Positions 60,233 through 64,000 of a DNA stretch of 64,000 nt are shown here, one piece after another. The DNA is from Macrostomum lignano (taxonomy: Eukaryota). Position 1 is the stretch's first letter. Every line of letters begins with the position of its first letter. The translations under genes were made by a program, and so were the position numbers. The stretch spans positions 41,766 to 105,765 of the forward strand of contig NIVC01001990.1 in the NCBI GenBank assembly GCA_002269645.1. The letters are read 5' to 3'. The notes below the pieces were generated by a model, which worked only from the letters and a program-made list of their open reading frames with translations, made no database searches and was not told where the DNA came from.

Positions 60233-60767
60233 ACAGCAAGTGAAGCAAGCGCAGAGACAAGTTAACGAGAAATCGATATTACAGAACCTACGCTCGTATA
60301 AAACTAATAGAAAATAAATTTAGCAAACGCCGTATTTTAACAAAAATCGCATCAGCAATTAGAATTGTATTCAACAACTCATCATGATATTTTGCCATTT
60401 TAAGTGCAAACAATCAGGCCATTGACTTGCTTAATTATAGATATCAATTGATATATACCGAATAGCAATTCAAAAAGGTCAGTATTAAATAGATTTATCA
60501 AATAAAAAGCAAAGTTCATTCGAAACAAACAACTGATTAAATAGAATCGTATGAGTTTAATAAATAATAACATAAAATACTGCATAAGCGCATGCATGGC
60601 TACTCAATATAGTAGATGCAGATACAAACAGAGAAGCATGCAGTGCAACTAAAGCAGTGCGGGATTATCAGCATATATTGAAGGGAGAGACGAGATTAAA
60701 TGGCAACAAACAAAGGGGGGAAGGCGTGATTAAAGAATTTCGCCTCTCTGTATGAGGCGGCTGCGTT

Positions 60768-63723
60768 CTAATAATCGTCATCATCAGAGCTTTGCTCAGC
60801 GTCTTTTTGCTGCATCGATTTAGCGGCTAGTCTGGGATCCGCCTCAAGCTCCGTCTGCAGCACTCCGCCCTCCTTGCCAAGCATCCATTCAAGAGCTGCA
60901 AGGGTTAGGAATATTATTAAATAGTTGCATAATTGCAGACGCACTGAACTTGCTGAAGTTGACGCGTCTCAGCAATTCCCATTGAGCATTGGCATCTCAG
61001 CAACTCACATTGAGAATTGGCATCTCAGCAACTCCCATTGAGAATTGGCATCTCAGCAACTCACATTGAGAATTGGCATCTCAGCAACTCCCATTGAGAA
61101 TTGGCATCTCAGCAACTCCCATTGAGCATTGGTATCTCAGCAACTCCCATTGATAATTGGTATCTCAGCAACTCCTATTGATAATTGGTATCTCAGCAAC
61201 TCCCCTTGAGCATTGGCATCTCAGCAACTCCCCTTGAGCATTGGCATCTCAGCAACTCCCATTGAGCATTGGCATCTCAGCAACTCCCATTGATAATTGG
61301 TATCTCAGCAACTCCCCTTGATAATTGGTATCTCAGCAACTCCCATTGATAATTGGTATCTCAGCAACTCCCACCTTGAGCATTGGAATCTCAGCAACTC
61401 CCCCCTTGAGCATTGGCATCTCAGCAACTCCCCTTGAGCATTGGCATCTCAGCAACTCCCATTGATAATTGGTATCTCAGCAACTCCCCTTGAGCATTGG
61501 CATCTCAGCAACTCCCCTTGAGCATTGGCATCTCAGCAACTCCCATTGAGCATTGGCATCTCAGCAACTCCCCTTGAGCATTGGCATCTCAGCAACTCCC
61601 CTTGAGCATTGGCATCTCAGCAACTCCCCTTGAGCATTGGCATCTCAGCAACTCCCATTGATAATTGGTATCTCAGCAACTCCCATTGATAATTGGTATC
61701 TCAGCAACTCCCATTGATAATTGGCATCTCAGCAACTCCCACCTTGAGCATTGGAATCTCAGCAACTCCCCCCTTGAGCATTGGCATCTCAGCAACTCCC
61801 CTTGAGCATTGGCATCTCAGCAACTCCCCTTGAGCATTGGCATCTCAGCAACTCCCATTGATAATTGGTATCTCAGCAACTCCCATTGATAATTGGTATC
61901 TCAGCAACTCCCATTGATAATTGGCATCTCAGCAACTCCCACCTTGAGCATTGGAATCTCAGCAACTCCCCCCTTGAGCATTGGCATCTCAGCAACTCCC
62001 CTTGAGCCTTGGCATCTCAGCAACTCCCAACTTGAGCATTGGAATCTCAGCAACTCCCCCCTTGAGCACTGGCATCTCAGCAACTCCCCTTGAGCCTTGG
62101 CATCCCTAAAAACTGCCAAACTCACCATCGGGTGACGCCTTGCTGCCGCCAAAACTGTCCAATCCAATCCACTGTTTAATAAGTCCGTCATTCTTATACA
62201 GCAATATAGTGGGCACGTTCTTGTCCGGATAGTTCGGTATGCAATTGTCGGCCTCCCCGCGTACGAATTTCACCTGAATAGGAGAGTCGTAGAATAAGAT
62301 TAAAGCTATTACAAAAAATGCTGTAGTATACATCATAACTAATGCAGCAATGAGAGGTTAAAAATAGTTCATGGCTACTTAGTAAGAAAGTAGTATAATA
62401 CATGGATGTGACTGAAAGGGTCATAACTCACGAAGTAAACGATAAATTGTAAACTCCCTTTTTTAACGAAGACTTATATTGACTAGACTATAGTGACCTA
62501 GAGTGACTTTAGCAAAGTCACACATCCTAAGAGTGACTTCAGCAAAGTCACACCTCCAGAGTGAACTCCAAGTGAAAACAACTAAACAATGCCGGAATAA
62601 CTTGTACTTTACCTGGGGAAACTTAGCCGCCAACCGCCTGTGACAATCTTCGAGCAGTTTAGAGCCAACCAGCCCCTGCCGAGTGATGAGCACAACAACC
62701 GGCACATCTTGGCCAGCCTCGTTTACCTCGCGTTTCCAATCGGCCCGGGAGATTTCGCGCACCTGTCCGAATCGAGACTTGGCGGCGGCGTCGCGCATCT
62801 CGGCCAGCCGCTGCCGGCGATAAGCTTCGAGAAATTTCTCGTCATCGCTGTCCACGTCATCATCGGCGCGCGCGAGAGCTCGTCAAGTTCAGTCGTCCAG
62901 GCCGGTCCTGAGTTTTATTTTGTTTCATAAATAATAATCTCTGTACCAAAGCGATTATATACTACTTACCGTACTTTCATCATTAGTAGTATTGATGATC
63001 GAATGTTATGCAGCAGGATTTATTCGGTGATTTACTGTCATCTTAACAATCTGTAGGGGAAAGGGTTGTAGCCTAGTGGTCAGGGCGTCGGAATCGCGAC
63101 TGAAAGGTCGGGGGTTCGATGCTTGACCCAGTCGGAACAGTTTGTGTCCTTAAGCAAGAAACTTAACTCTGCATTGCTTCAGTTCACCCAGCCATAAAAT
63201 GGAGAATCAACATTAGCTGGGTAATTGAGGGTGTGGTGTGACGACCCTCCAGCCGTACGCAGCCTTCAGATGCGCCGCGCAATATCTGGGCGGAGCTGTC
63301 GGTTTCACATCTGCCCATTAGTGCAGGTGTAATCACTTATTATTAACAATCTTGAAAACTAAGCACCCAATGCTAGTTATGCTAGTCAATAACTAGCTAG
63401 TTAATATGGCAATAGCAACCAAAGAGATATCTAAACTTGCTTGAACTTTTGATAACCTATGAAATTCTGAGGTTCCAGGAACAATCATATCTCGGAATAT
63501 CAAAGTTCAAATTCATCCAATTTGTAATCCATTAAAACTATGAAAAAACGCTCACCTTTTTGCCTGATGCGGCAGCAGCAGCAAGTTTCTCTTCCACTGT
63601 CTGGTCAACAACCTCTGCCAATTCATCTTCCTTGATATGAGGATCTAAGATGCCCTTCTTGCGCAAGATTTCTTCCCATTCAGTGCCCCTGTCTGATTGG
63701 GGTGCACAGTACTGCCAGCTCAT
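60768..63723 (-). CDS. PDCL3: Phosducin-like protein 3 (PhLP2/VIAF). Exons 63723-63556, possible unresolved small exon, 62907-62613, 62273-62126, 60895-60768
   Basis: TEWEEILRKKGIL, DEKFLEAYRRQRLAEM...SRFGQVREISRADWKREV, LAAKFPQ|VKF...CIPNYPDKNVPTILLY and ALEWMLGKEGGVLQTELE. The exon 1/2 phases do not match (see findings). Confidence 0.9.
60965..62105. repeat. 28-30-bp minisatellite (GGCATCTCAGCAACTCCCCTTGAGCATT) filling the last PDCL3 intron
   Basis: About 39 units starting about 20 nt after the donor. Confidence 0.98.
63053..63342 (+). mobile_element. tRNA-derived SINE with a CORE-like central domain, in PDCL3 intron 1
   Basis: A box TAGCCTAGTGG, B box GGTTCGATGC, central TGTGTCCTTAAGCAAGAAACTTAACTCT...CATAAAATGG resembling the CORE domain, TTA-like tail, and 10-bp TSD TTAACAATCT at 63043-63052 and 63343-63352. 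Confidence 0.75.
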
Positions 63724-64000
63724 ATGTGTTCTTTTAGTTATAAATTTAAAAATTTATACACAATAGTATAAAACACTCAGTAGCATGCAAACAGATTGAA
63801 GGTGTTGCATTTATAATACACAGGTAATTAGATTTAAATATTACTATTAAGCTATTTAGTAAAGTTTCTTATAATTAGGATTTTAGGATTTTTACTTCTA
63901 TGGCTTAACTGATTTTCTTCAAACTTGCAATAGTGAATATTGATTTTTTTGTTCTTTTTCAACTCATTTTAAATGCCCACTGTTGTCTAAAACAAAAAAG

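Noticed and set aside
63060-63135. tRNA gene
   Set aside because: It has A and B boxes but no convincing acceptor stem, and continues into a SINE body with a TSD. The same holds for 19690-19757 and 7433-7495.

Overview
Metazoan genomic DNA with spliceosomal GT-AG introns. GC-rich exons, minisatellite-filled introns and a USP-domain gene resemble the free-living flatworm Macrostomum, but the species is an inference. I reconstructed about ten protein-coding genes by hand: DAXX-like (-, runs off the left edge), MRPL20 (-), PGD (+), a DeSI/PPPDE peptidase (+), PTRH2 (+), a universal stress protein (-), an ACL4-like TPR protein (+), CSE1L/exportin-2 (-) with a nested antisense orphan 2-TM ORF (+), a C2H2 zinc-finger gene (-) and PDCL3 (-). 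Mobile DNA is diverse: a DD37D maT element, a long-TIR mariner derivative, a Merlin derivative with 8-bp TSD, three copies of a hAT MITE, two tRNA-derived SINEs with TSDs, and P-element, BED and Crypton-like relics. The dominant unexplained structure is about 20 distinct minisatellite arrays. Most fill introns up to the splice sites or lie just downstream of stop codons, and several repeat units contain decoy 3' splice sites. AT-rich domains almost devoid of CpG alternate with CpG-rich DNA. I found no rRNA, true tRNA or CRISPR array. Most long ORFs in the supplied track are translations of tandem repeats. All coordinates and counts are hand-derived and homology calls are by motif recognition, not database search.
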